Positions 29,037 to 38,831 are shown, counted from the stretch's first letter. The stretch: DNA of 64,000 nt from an uncultured Spirochaetota bacterium (GCA_963734495.1 CAVTHK010000013.1:192001-256000); one strand, 5' to 3'. The notes: a model not told the origin generated them from the sequence alone. Program-made: numbers and translations.

Positions 29037-30328
29037 CTAGAACAGGACCGCCATCGGGTTTTCGATCATTTCCTTGAGATCCGCGAGGAAGGCCGCCCCC
29101 ACCGCTCCGTCGACCACCCTGTGGTCGCATGAGAGCGTCGCTTTCATCAGGGAGCGCGCGACGATCGCGCCGTCGGCCGCGACCACCGGAACCTTCGCCA
29201 CCTTGCCGAGCGCGAGGATCGCGGAGCCGGGAGGGTTGATGATCGCCGTGAACTCCTCGATGCCGAAGGAGCCGAGGTTGCTGATCGAGAACGTCGCTCC
29301 CGTGTACTCTTCGGGGGTGAGCTTGTTCGCGCGCGCCTTCTCGACGAGCGCGGAGAGCTCGGCGTCGATCTCGAGGATCCCCTTGGCCGCGCAGTTGCGC
29401 ACGACGGGCGTGATCAGCCCGTCGGGCAGGGCCACGGCCAGCCCGATGTCGATGCTGCCGAAGCGGCGGATCGTGTCGCCCTGCCAGCTCGCGTTCACCG
29501 CGGGGTGGCGGCGCAGCGCCTCGGCCGCCAGCTTGTGCATGAAGGCGTTGAACGAAACCTTCTCCTTGCGCCGCTCGTTCAGCCGGGCGCGAGCCGCCAT
29601 CAGGCCGTCCATCTCGAAGGAGACCTTCAGATAATAGTGGGGAGCCTGGAACTTGCTCTCGACCAGCCGCTGAGCGATGACCTTGCGCTTGCCGGTGACC
29701 GGCACGATCTCGTCGGCCGGGGCGACGCCCGCGGCCGCCGCCGGGCGGGCGTACGCGCCGGCCCCCGGCTGCGCCGGCGCGCCTGCCGCGCCTGCTGCCG
29801 GAGCCGCCGCGCCGGCGCCCTCGACGTCGCGGCGCACGACGCGGCCCGCTGGCCCCGAGCCGTGCACGGCGGCGATGTCCACGCCGCGCTCCTTTGCGAG
29901 GCGCCTGCGCCAGCGGCGACGCGCGCACGATGCCCGGAGGGAGCCGCGGCCGCGACCGCCGTGGGAGCCGCAGGCGAGGCGCCGGCCATCGCATCCATCG
30001 GCAGGCGCGCCGCAGCGGCAGGGGCCGCAGCCGGCGCTTTCGCCGTTCCCTGCGGCTTGGTCTGCGCGAGGAGCGACGAGATGTCCTCGCCCGGCTTGCC
30101 CACGATGGCGATGGGGTCCGCGACCTTGGCCTGACTCCCCGCCGGCACGAGCACCTTCAGCAGGGTGCCTTCATTTTGAGATTCATACTCCATCGTCGCC
30201 TTGTCGGTCTCGACCTCGCAGAGCAGGTCGCCGACGGCGAGCGTGTCCCCTTCGTTCTTGTTCCAGCGGACGATCGTGCCTTCCTGCATCGTCGGCGAGA
30301 GGGCGATCATCAGGACTTTTTCTGCCAT
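29037..30328 (-). CDS. pdhC: Dihydrolipoamide acetyltransferase (E2), apparent frameshifts at about 29905-29935
   Basis: Lipoyl motif EVETDKATME, E3-binding RASPLA/GSGPAGRV and catalytic SCDHRVVDG are spread over three frames. Confidence 0.88.
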
Positions 30329-30388
30329 TCGCGCTTCTCCTCTCCGCACAGTCCACGGTCCCGCCCGCTCGGCGGCCAGCGCGCGCCC

Positions 30389-30456
30389 CGAGGCCCCGCC
30401 CGCCGGGCGGCCAGGCGGCCGCGCGCGCGAGGCCCCGCCCGCGGGGCGGCCAGGCG
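30389..30456. repeat. Intergenic direct repeat, 29 bp x2
   Basis: CGAGGCCCCGCCCGC(C/G)GGGCGGCCAGGCG at 30389 and 30428. Confidence 0.7.
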
Positions 30457-30475
30457 CGCGCCCGGGGCCGCTCGC

Positions 30476-31456
30476 CTACTCCAGGTACATGACCCGGCGG
30501 ACCGCGTCGACGATCCTGGACACCGAAGGCTGAGCCGCCAGCTCGAGGCCGTGGTTGTAGGGCATCGGCACGTCCTCCGAAGCCACCAGCTCGACCTGGG
30601 CGTCGAGCGAGTCAAAGCAGTTCTTCGAAACCAGCCAGGCGACGTGCGAGCCCACGCTCGCCACGGGCCAGGACTCCTCCACGACGACGCAGCGGCTGGT
30701 CTTGCGCACCGACTCGTAGAGCGCGTTCTCGTCGAGGGGCCGCAGGGAGCGCAGGTCGACGACCTCCGCCTCGATGCCCTGGCCCGCAAGCTGGTCCGCG
30801 GCCTCGAGGATGGTGCGGACGGGCTTGGAGTAGCCGACGATGGTGACGTCGCGGCCCGGCCGCTTCACGTCGGCGGCGCCCAGCGGGACCAGGTGCTCGC
30901 CGTCGGGCACCTCGCCCTTGACGCCGTACATCATCTCGGACTCGAGAAAGATGACGGGGTTGTCGTCGCGGATGGCGGACTTGAGCAGTCCCTTGCCGTC
31001 GGCGGGCGTGGCGGGGGCCACGACCTTGAGACCGGGGACGTGGGCGAAGAACGACTGCAGGGCCTGCGAGTGCTGCGACGCCAGGAACTCCGCGGGCCCG
31101 TTGGGACCGCGGATCACCATTGGGACCGTGAACTGCCCGCCCGACATGTAGCGCATCTTCGCGGCGTTGTTGATCACCTGGTCGAGGGCAAGAAGACCAA
31201 AATTGAAGGTCATCCACTCGACGATGGGCCTCACGCCGGCCATCGCCGCGCCCACGCCCAGGCCCGTGAACCCGAGCTCGGTGATCGGGGTGTCGAGCAC
31301 GCGCTTCGGGCCGTACTTGGCCAGCAGGCCCTTGCTCACCTTGTACGCGCCGTCGTATTCGGCGACCTCCTCGCCGATGAGGCAGACCCTCTCGTCGCGC
31401 GCCATCTCCTCGTCGATCGCCTGGTTGAGCGCCTCGCGGAACGTCATTACAGCCAT
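30476..31456 (-). CDS. pdhB: Pyruvate dehydrogenase E1 beta subunit
   Basis: GEEVAEYDGAYKVS, DTPITE, QHSQ, DLRSLRPLD. Confidence 0.95.
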   Translation of the reverse strand: MAVMTFREALNQAIDEEMARDERVCLIGEEVAEYDGAYKVSKGLLAKYGPKRVLDTPITELGFTGLGVGAAMAGVRPIVEWMTFNFGLLALDQVINNAAKMRYMSGGQFTVPMVIRGPNGPAEFLASQHSQALQSFFAHVPGLKVVAPATPADGKGLLKSAIRDDNPVIFLESEMMYGVKGEVPDGEHLVPLGAADVKRPGRDVTIVGYSKPVRTILEAADQLAGQGIEAEVVDLRSLRPLDENALYESVRKTSRCVVVEESWPVASVGSHVAWLVSKNCFDSLDAQVELVASEDVPMPYNHGLELAAQPSVSRIVDAVRRVMYLE

Positions 31457-31475
31457 CGCACTCGTCCTCCGGTCT

Positions 31476-32480
31476 TCACGCCAGCACGTCCTGCCACAGC
31501 GCGTCCGGCGCGGGCTCGGGGCTCTCCTCGGCGAACGCGGCGGCCTCGTCGCCCGCCCGCTTCGCCTGCTCGTCCAGCTTGCGGTACTCGTCGTCGCTCA
31601 GCACCCCCGCCTCCTCCATGATGGACTGCAGCAGCAGGATGGGGTCCTGCTTGCGGTAGTCCTCCACCTCGTCGCGCGTGCGGTACGTGGCGGGGTCGCT
31701 CATGCTGTGCCCGCGGTAGCGGTAGGTCCTCACTTCGAGGAACACCGGCGTCCCCTCCTTGGCGATGCGGACCGCGGCCTTGACCTCCTCGTAGACGGTG
31801 AGCACGTTCATCCCGTCCACCTGCTTGCCGGGGATGTCGTAGGCGGAGCCCATCTGCGAGAAGTCGTGCACCGAGGACACCCTGTCGAATCGCGTGCCCA
31901 TGCCGTACTGGTTGTTCTCGCAGATGTAGACGATCGGCAGGTTCCAGACCTTGGCCTGGTTGAGGCTCTCGTGGAACGATCCCTGGTGGATGGCGCCGTC
32001 GCCGAAGAAGCACAGGACGACGCCGTCCTCCTCGCGGTAGCGGACGGCGAAGGCGACGCCCGTGGCCACCGGGATCTGCGAGCCGACGATCCCGTTGCCG
32101 CCGAACATGTGCCGGCCGGCGTCGAACATGTGCATCGAGCCGCCCTTGCCGCGGGAGCAGCCGGACGCCTTGCCGTACAGCTCGGCCATGATCGCCTTGG
32201 GGTCCATCCCGCAGGCGAGGGCGTGGCCGTGGTCGCGGTAGCCGGTCAGCACGTAGTCCTTGCGCAGGTCCAGCGCCGCGATCGAGCCGACGGCGACCGC
32301 CTCCTGGCCGTTGTAGAGGTGGCAGAAGCCGCCGATCTTGCGGATGCCGTACATCTGGCCGGCCTTCTCCTCGAAGCGGCGGATGAGCAGCATGTCCGCC
32401 AGCAGCTTGTGCAGAAAGGCCGGCTGGTAGCCCGGGCTGGAGGCGGGCCTCACCGCCTTGCGGGTGCTGCTCGCGCTCAT
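31476..32480 (-). CDS. pdhA: Pyruvate dehydrogenase E1 alpha subunit
   Basis: GFCHLYNGQEA, GKGGSMH, TPP motif GDGA...ENN, YRYRGHSMSDP. Confidence 0.95.
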   Translation of the reverse strand: MSASSTRKAVRPASSPGYQPAFLHKLLADMLLIRRFEEKAGQMYGIRKIGGFCHLYNGQEAVAVGSIAALDLRKDYVLTGYRDHGHALACGMDPKAIMAELYGKASGCSRGKGGSMHMFDAGRHMFGGNGIVGSQIPVATGVAFAVRYREEDGVVLCFFGDGAIHQGSFHESLNQAKVWNLPIVYICENNQYGMGTRFDRVSSVHDFSQMGSAYDIPGKQVDGMNVLTVYEEVKAAVRIAKEGTPVFLEVRTYRYRGHSMSDPATYRTRDEVEDYRKQDPILLLQSIMEEAGVLSDDEYRKLDEQAKRAGDEAAAFAEESPEPAPDALWQDVLA

Positions 32481-32929
32481 GAGCGGTCCTCCTTGCCAAG
32501 CAAGGCGCTTTCCCTTCGGTGCTTCATCGTGTCAAAGATAGACACCTGCTCGATCAAAGTCTCCAGCACGACAAAGTCCGTCTTCTCGTTCACCCGCCAG
32601 AACACCTCGAGGCGCCGCCCGATCGCCTCCAGCACCTCGCTCTTGAGCTGCGGGTTGTCCACGACCGAGATCGCTCCCTTGACGGTCACGATGCGGTTGA
32701 GGTCCGGGGTCTGGAACATCCACTCGACGCCGGGCTGAGACTCGATGTGCTTGATCTTGCGAAAGCCGGGCGAAGTCACCGCATACAGGCACCCCGGGCG
32801 GCCCCGCACCTGGGCAGGCGTCATCCATCGCATCGCCGGCCGGCCGTCCGGGTCCGTGGTCGCGAGAATGCCCACCTGCGCCGTGTCTATGATCGCGTCG
32901 AGGGCGCCCAGGATTTCTGTTTTGGTCAT
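32477..32929 (-). CDS. Pyridoxamine 5'-phosphate oxidase-like (split-barrel FMN-binding) protein
   Basis: GILATTDPDGRP.MRWM, S..FRKIKHIESQP.VEW; stop overlaps the pdhA start. Confidence 0.75.
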   Translation of the reverse strand: MTKTEILGALDAIIDTAQVGILATTDPDGRPAMRWMTPAQVRGRPGCLYAVTSPGFRKIKHIESQPGVEWMFQTPDLNRIVTVKGAISVVDNPQLKSEVLEAIGRRLEVFWRVNEKTDFVVLETLIEQVSIFDTMKHRRESALLGKEDRS

Positions 32930-33017
32930 GGGTCGAGGCTCCTCCAGGCGGCTCCTAATGTAACAGAGCCGCGCGCAAGGGACAAATCCTTGCGTGGTCA
33001 GAAGTAGCTTGCCGGGG

Positions 33018-33052
33018 AAAAAAAGAGACGGCCCCCCGTTGGGCCGTCTCTT
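33018..33052 (-). terminator. Rho-independent terminator after ferredoxin
   Basis: 12 bp stem AAGAGACGGCCC/GGGCCGTCTCTT followed by a T-tract on the minus strand. Confidence 0.8.
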
Positions 33053-33074
33053 CGAATGCGCACGATCCCCTGCT

Positions 33075-33260
33075 TCAGGAGGCCTTGATCGCCTCCACGG
33101 GACAATCGGTCGCCGCGTCCTTGACCGCCTTCTCGTGCTCGGGCGGGACGTTCGGGCTGATCACCTCGGCCACGTCGCTGCCCATCTTGAAAACCTCGGG
33201 CACGCTATCGACGCACAGGCCGCAGGCAGTGCACAGGTCGTTGTCGATCGATACCTTCAT
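33075..33260 (-). CDS. fdx: Monocluster ferredoxin (4Fe-4S type)
   Basis: CTACGLC...PEVF...CPVEAI; GAGGAG RBS. Confidence 0.92.
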   Translation of the reverse strand: MKVSIDNDLCTACGLCVDSVPEVFKMGSDVAEVISPNVPPEHEKAVKDAATDCPVEAIKAS

Positions 33261-33341
33261 ATCCGGCTCCTCGTTTGTTGATGCAGTGGCCGCCCCTCAA
33301 GAGAAAGGCCGCGGTCACAGGCGTTTTGCGTTGACGGGCGG

Positions 33342-33371
33342 AGTGTAGACTGCCCCTTCCCGGGGTGTCAA
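33342..33371 (-). promoter_or_regulatory. Ferredoxin promoter
   Basis: TTGACA, 18 bp, TACACT on the minus strand. Confidence 0.65.
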
Positions 33372-33397
33372 TCCGCCGCAGACTCTCAAGGGCGCTC

Positions 33398-34211
33398 TGG
33401 GGGGGAAAGCCTTCCCCCTGGCCTCCGCCCTGCCTGGCCGCGCCAACCGCCGAAGCCCGCCCCTCAGCGCGGGCGCAGGGCTCCGGCCACCCCCTTCTCC
33501 TGGGGGCGCCTCCCGGCGCCCCCAAGCCCCCGAATGGCTGCGGCGGTCACTGGCTGTCACGTGCATGGCCCCCGCGACGGCACGGCCTCAAACCGGCTCG
33601 AGAAACGCCGGCACGCGCTCGCCGACCGCTTCGAAGGCCACGCACGTTGTCGCTCGGAACGCACCGGCGCGTCCGCGTACAGTGGAGTGCGCAGAGCATC
33701 GGGAGTGGGTGGGAATTCATCTTGTGGGGAGCGCTGCAAGCCCGCAAGACCGGCTACGCAACCACGAACGGTAATCGCCCCCTGCCGTCGCCACCCGAGG
33801 CGGACAGAGCACAGTCACATACGATCCACCTTGACTTTTTCGCGGAAACGCGGCTGCCATCCTCCTGGACGCGGCGGACCGCTTCCGGGGTGGCGGCCCA
33901 CTGAGCCTGATCGCCCTGTCGGCCCGCGATGGCCACGCTTCCGCGGAAACGCGCACGTACGGCCTCCGCCGCCTGCTCGGGCTGCTCGACCTCCACGTAG
34001 AGGGGGGCACTTGCACGGCTTTCCGCGACGCCCGGCTACTGGCCACAGTCTCCTGCCGTCAGCGCTACCCACAAAATGAAAGCGCTCCCATCGGGAGTCT
34101 CGTGCTTGACTTGAGCTGCTGCGGGGGTTTGGGGGCGAGGCCCCCGACGAAGGGGGTGGCCGGAGCCCCGCGCCAGCGGGGCGAAGGCCAGGGGGAAGGC
34201 TTTCCCCCCCA
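33398..34211. repeat. Nested inverted repeats (REP/MITE-like)
   Basis: 33398-33532 versus 34122-34211 share perfect inverted 27 bp and 20 bp blocks; inner 21 bp inverted pair 33716-33736 / 34060-34080 (19/21). Confidence 0.8.
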
Positions 34212-34308
34212 TGGTCCTTGCCCCGCCTGACGGACATCCCCGGTGAGTACGCCGGGCCAAAGCGCCTGTACGTCCATGTACGCGCTACCCCCGGACCATC
34301 CCTGGTCC

Positions 34309-34337
34309 TTGAACACGACCGGATCGATCATTATAAT
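34309..34337 (+). promoter_or_regulatory. Promoter of the nqr-like operon
   Basis: TTGAAC, 17 bp, TATAAT. Confidence 0.75.
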
Positions 34338-34463
34338 CAATCGTCACTACAATCACAATTAAGTCGGGGGCTCGGTCACGTCGGCCGGGAGGCGGTCTGT
34401 CGCCGTCAGCGCCATCGCCGATGGGCAGTCCTCCAGGACGCGCCTCGGAAACGGAGCGATCGG

Positions 34464-35432
34464 GTGTACGAGAGGTTCTTCCAGAAGCAGGTGATCATGC
34501 GCCGAGTTCTGCTCGCGCTTGCGCCGATCTACCTGTTCGCTTTCTACATGTACGGGTGGCGGCTGCTGCTTCTCGGCGTCGTCGTGTTCGCGGCCGGCAT
34601 CGGCCTGGAGTACGCGTTCGAGAGCCGGCGCGGCAAGAAGATCTCCGAAGCCGTCCTCGTCACCTGCAGCCTCTTCCTGCTCTCGCTGCCGCCGCAGACA
34701 CCGCTCTGGGTGGCGCTGATCGGCATTGCGTTCGGCGTCGTGTTCGGCAAAGAGGTCTACGGGGGATTCGGGCGCAACATCTTCAACCCGGCGATCTCCG
34801 GCCGGCTCTTCATCTATATCGCGTTCCCGAGCTTCCTGCAGGCCGGCTACCTGATCCCGGGGCGCTTCGGCTTCGCCGCCACCGACGCCATCACCACGGC
34901 GACGCCGCTCGCGATGATCCGCGGCGGCGAGACCGCCGACCTCCTGAGCCTCTTTCTCGGGTTCCGCGCCGGCGCGATGGGCGAGAGCTCGATCCTGCTC
35001 ATACTCGCCGCCGCCGTCTACCTGATCGCCACCAGGACGGCCAACTGGCGGATCATCGCGACGGAGCTCGCGTCGTCCGCCGCGTTCTCGTTCGCCTTCG
35101 ACCTCCTCAAGCTCCCCGGAGCGCTTTCCGCGCTGCCCTCGCTGCTCTCCGGAAGCGTGATCATGGTGGGCGTCTTCTATGCCACGGATCCCGTCTCGGC
35201 GCCGAAGAAGCCCGGGGCGCAGTACATCTACGGCGCTCTCATCGGCGCCGTCTCGATGGTGATCCAGAACTTCTCGCTGTTCCCGGTCGGCACGAGCTTC
35301 GCGGTCATCGTGGGCAACACGTTCGCCTCCCTGCTCGACGAGCTGATCGGAGCCGCGAAGCCGGCGGCAAAGACAGCGAAGAAGGCCGCGCCCGGTCCGG
35401 CGGCGCTTCCCGCCGGGGAGGGTCGGTCATGA
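34464..35432 (+). CDS. nqrB: NqrB/RnfD family membrane subunit
   Basis: FGKEVYGGFGRNIFNPA, FMN-attachment motif DAITTATPL, ATDPVSAP. Confidence 0.85.
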   Translation: MYERFFQKQVIMRRVLLALAPIYLFAFYMYGWRLLLLGVVVFAAGIGLEYAFESRRGKKISEAVLVTCSLFLLSLPPQTPLWVALIGIAFGVVFGKEVYGGFGRNIFNPAISGRLFIYIAFPSFLQAGYLIPGRFGFAATDAITTATPLAMIRGGETADLLSLFLGFRAGAMGESSILLILAAAVYLIATRTANWRIIATELASSAAFSFAFDLLKLPGALSALPSLLSGSVIMVGVFYATDPVSAPKKPGAQYIYGALIGAVSMVIQNFSLFPVGTSFAVIVGNTFASLLDELIGAAKPAAKTAKKAAPGPAALPAGEGRS

Positions 35433-36031
35433 ACCGCGAGGGGCTCGCGTACACCGTACTGGTGACCTTTGTCGTTTCATTCGTCTTCGTGGGGCTGCTC
35501 GCATTCGCCAACGAGCTCACCAGGGACAAGGCGGAGGCCAACTCGCTTATCATGGAGCGGAGGGCGGTCCTCAACGCCCTGGGCGTCCCCTACTCGAGCG
35601 ACGCCGAGGTCCTCGACGTCTACAAGCGGGAGGTCGAGCAGGTCCATCTCGGGGGCCTCGCGATCGAGCGCGCGATCGTCGACGGCAGGGTCGTCGAGGC
35701 CGCGCGGTTCTCCGGCCCGGGCCTCTGGGGCACGATCACCGGCGTGATCGGCGTGACGCCCGACCTCTCGGAGATCGTCGGCCTGGACATCATCTCGCAG
35801 AGCGAGACGCCGGGCCTGGGCGGCAGGATCGGCGAGAGCTGGTGGAAGGCGCAGTTCCAGGGCGAGAAGATTCCCGCGGGCCGCATCGACGTGGCCGCGG
35901 GCTCCGGGCGCGGCGACAAGGACAAGGCCAACGGGAAGGTGGACGCTGTCACCGGTGCCACGATCACTTCCCGCGCGATGGAGAGCATCATCAACCGGAC
36001 CCTCGAGGCCCTCAAGGAGGCCGCACGATGA
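35429..36031 (+). CDS. nqrC: NqrC/RnfG family FMN-binding subunit
   Basis: GPGLWGTI, SETPGLGG, VDAVTGATITS. Confidence 0.85.
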   Translation: MNREGLAYTVLVTFVVSFVFVGLLAFANELTRDKAEANSLIMERRAVLNALGVPYSSDAEVLDVYKREVEQVHLGGLAIERAIVDGRVVEAARFSGPGLWGTITGVIGVTPDLSEIVGLDIISQSETPGLGGRIGESWWKAQFQGEKIPAGRIDVAAGSGRGDKDKANGKVDAVTGATITSRAMESIINRTLEALKEAAR

Positions 36032-36633
36032 AGAAGTTCCTCACGGTCCTCAAGGAGGGCCTCTGGACCAACAACCCCATCTTCATCCAGATCCTCGGAA
36101 TCTGCTCGACGCTCGCCGTCACCAACAACATGCTGAATACGGTCATCATGGGGGCCGGGGTCACCTTCAGCACGGCGTTCACGAGCCTGACGGTCTCGCT
36201 CATGCGCAACATCATCCCGCGCAAAGTGCGCATGATGGTGCAGGTGCTGCTCGCCGCGTTCTACGTGATCATCGTGGACATCACGCTCAAGGCCTACCTG
36301 CCCGACGTGAGCAGGGCGCTCGGGCCCTACGTCGGCCTCATCATCACCAACTGCATCCTCATGGGCCGGGCGGAAGCCTACGCGCAGGCCAACCCTCCGC
36401 TCATCTCCTTCTGGGACGGCGTCACCAACGGGGTCGGCTACTCGGCGGTGCTCATCGTGATCTCGTTCGTCCGGGAGCTGCTCGGCTTTGGAACCCTGTT
36501 CAACGCGCGCGTGCTGCCCGAGGCCTTCCCGACCTGGACGATCATGGTGATGGCCCCGAGCGCCTTCTTCCTGGTGGCGAGCCTGCTGTGGATCGCCAAG
36601 ATCGTCATGCTGCGCAAGGAGGCCGCGAAATGA
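36028..36633 (+). CDS. nqrD: NqrD subunit
   Basis: NNPIFIQILGICSTLAVT, VGLIITNCILMGRAE. Confidence 0.88.
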   Translation: MKKFLTVLKEGLWTNNPIFIQILGICSTLAVTNNMLNTVIMGAGVTFSTAFTSLTVSLMRNIIPRKVRMMVQVLLAAFYVIIVDITLKAYLPDVSRALGPYVGLIITNCILMGRAEAYAQANPPLISFWDGVTNGVGYSAVLIVISFVRELLGFGTLFNARVLPEAFPTWTIMVMAPSAFFLVASLLWIAKIVMLRKEAAK

Positions 36634-37226
36634 CGGCGCCCGACGTCGCCCCGCTCTCGCTGTTCTTCGCATCGGTCTTTACGAGCAACATCCTGCTTTC
36701 GAACTTCCTCGGGATGTGCTCCTTTATCTCGATCTCCAAGGACATCAGGAGCTCGAACGGCCTCGGGATCGCCGTGACCATCGTGCTCGTCATCACCGCC
36801 GTGATCAGCTGGCTGCTGCTCTACTACGTGATGATCCCGCTCAAGATCGAGTACCTCTCTCTGGTCGTCTTTATCATCGCGATCGCCGCGGCCGTGCAGA
36901 TGCTCGAGATGATCATCGAGCGGATCTCGCCGCCGCTGTACATGGCGCTCGGGATCTTCCTGCCCCTGATCACGGTCAACTGCGCCATCCTCGGCGGCGT
37001 GCTGTTCATGCAGATCCGCAACTACAACCTGCTGCAGACCGCCGTGTTCGCGCTCGGCTCCGGGCTCGGCTGGTGGATGGCCATCGTGGCGCTCGCGGCG
37101 ATCCGCGCCAGGGTGGAGAAGGCGCCCGTGCCCGCGGGCCTCAAGGGGACCGGCATCACGCTGATCACGATCGGAATGATGGCGATGGGCTTTATCGGCT
37201 TCTCCGGGATGATCCGCGTCCAGTAG
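36630..37226 (+). CDS. nqrE: NqrE subunit
   Basis: FLGMCSF, LGIFLPLITVNCAILG. Confidence 0.88.
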   Translation: MTAPDVAPLSLFFASVFTSNILLSNFLGMCSFISISKDIRSSNGLGIAVTIVLVITAVISWLLLYYVMIPLKIEYLSLVVFIIAIAAAVQMLEMIIERISPPLYMALGIFLPLITVNCAILGGVLFMQIRNYNLLQTAVFALGSGLGWWMAIVALAAIRARVEKAPVPAGLKGTGITLITIGMMAMGFIGFSGMIRVQ

Positions 37227-37240
37227 GAGGTGAGAGAGCC

Positions 37241-38368
37241 ATGCCTGTGTTTCTGACAGCGCCCCTCGCCGTCGCCGGCATCGGCGCCGTCCTGGCGGCG
37301 ATCATCGCGCTGCTCGACTCGGTCGTGAACAACTACGGCGAGGTCAGGATCGACATCAACTCGGGGAAGAAGGAGCTCGCCGCGAGAGGAGGCCCGACCC
37401 TCCTGCGCCTGCTGGCCGACAACGGGATCTTCCTGCCGTCGGCGTGCGGCGGCCGGGGCGCCTGCGGCGTCTGCAAGTGCAAGGTCACGACCGACGTGGG
37501 GCCGGTTCTTGCGACCGAGGTCCCCTATCTCAGCCCCAAGGAGATCGAGCAGCAGATCCGCCTCGCCTGCCAGGTCAAGGTCAAGAAGGACGTGGCGATC
37601 CGGGTGCCCGAGGACGTCTTCTACGTCAAGCAGTGCCGGGGCACGGTCGAAGCGCTCGAGGACGTGACCTACGACATCAAGCGCCTGCGGATCCGGCTCG
37701 ACGACCCGAAGCAGATCGAGTTCGAGGCAGGGCAGTACGCGCAGCTCGTCGCGCCGCCGTACGACAACGTGAAGGACTACATCCAGCGGGCGTACTCGAT
37801 GTCGAGCGCCCCCTCCGAGGCGCGCTCCGAAGGCGCTCTCGAGTTCTACATCCGACTCGTGCCCGGAGGCGCCCTCACGAGCTACGTCTTCAAGCACCTC
37901 AGGCCGCGCCAGAAGATCGAGCTCACGGCCCCGTACGGGGAGTTCCGCATGCGCGGCACCGACGCGATCAAGCTCGGCGTCGCGGGCGGATCCGGCATGG
38001 CGCCCCTCAAGTCGATCATACTCGACATGCTCGAGAAGGGCGGGACGGACAAGGAGCTCTGGTATTTCTTTGGCGCCCGCGCCGTGAGGGACCTATACTA
38101 CGTCGAAGAGCTCGAGGCGATCGCCAAGAAGTGGCCGAGCTTCCACTTCGTCCCCGCGCTCTCCGAGCCGCTCCCGGAGGACAAGTGGAAGGGCGAGACC
38201 GGCCTGATCACGGACGTCCTGGACAAGTACCTCGAGACGGTGATAGGGAAGACCCGACCCAAGGAGGGCTATCTCTGCGGCAGCCCCGGGATGATCGACG
38301 CGTGCATCAAGGTCATGAAGAAGCACGGGGTGACCGACCACAGGATATTCTACGACAAGTTCGCGTGA
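37241..38368 (+). CDS. nqrF: NqrF-like 2Fe-2S/FAD/NADH-binding subunit
   Basis: N-terminal TM, SACGGRGACGVC, RLACQ, RAYSMSS, GGSGMAP, YLCGSPGM. Confidence 0.88.
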   Translation: MPVFLTAPLAVAGIGAVLAAIIALLDSVVNNYGEVRIDINSGKKELAARGGPTLLRLLADNGIFLPSACGGRGACGVCKCKVTTDVGPVLATEVPYLSPKEIEQQIRLACQVKVKKDVAIRVPEDVFYVKQCRGTVEALEDVTYDIKRLRIRLDDPKQIEFEAGQYAQLVAPPYDNVKDYIQRAYSMSSAPSEARSEGALEFYIRLVPGGALTSYVFKHLRPRQKIELTAPYGEFRMRGTDAIKLGVAGGSGMAPLKSIILDMLEKGGTDKELWYFFGARAVRDLYYVEELEAIAKKWPSFHFVPALSEPLPEDKWKGETGLITDVLDKYLETVIGKTRPKEGYLCGSPGMIDACIKVMKKHGVTDHRIFYDKFA

Positions 38369-38381
38369 GGGGGCGGCCCGC

Positions 38382-38831
38382 ATGAAGATGACGCCGGACC
38401 TGCGCAGGGCGCAGGCGAACATGACCCCGGGAGCGATCAGCGCATCGGGCTTTCTCGGGCACGACACGCGCCCGCTCGGGGACATCATCCAGGCGGACGA
38501 AGAGGCGATGGCGGCGCAAGGGATCACGTTCGAGGAAACGGCCGCCAAGATGCGCTACCTCTTGGACGAGGGGCGCAAGGGGCTCGGCGAGCCGATCACC
38601 GTCTCCCGGAACTGGCTGGTGCGCATCGACGAGGCGCGCGGCGTGATCGCCTCGCCGTTCGGAGGCGGCACCGTCCCCAAGCTGAACGCGCAGGTGTACC
38701 GCGTCGACCGCGACGTGAGCGTCACCTACAGCGCGCTGTCGGTCGTGCTCTGCGAGCGGCACCACTTTCTGCAGGGCAAGGGCTCGCCCTACCGGCTCGA
38801 GCCGACGGTGCTCAAGGCGGTTCTCTATTGA
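38382..38831 (+). CDS. Hypothetical protein
   Basis: 149 aa ORF with host-like codon usage, 13 nt after nqrF; ERHHFLQGKGSPYRLEP. Confidence 0.7.
   Translation: MKMTPDLRRAQANMTPGAISASGFLGHDTRPLGDIIQADEEAMAAQGITFEETAAKMRYLLDEGRKGLGEPITVSRNWLVRIDEARGVIASPFGGGTVPKLNAQVYRVDRDVSVTYSALSVVLCERHHFLQGKGSPYRLEPTVLKAVLY

Noticed and set aside
33260-34460. Replication origin in the long intergenic region
   Set aside because: No DnaA-box cluster, no AT-rich unwinding element and no dnaA/dnaN nearby
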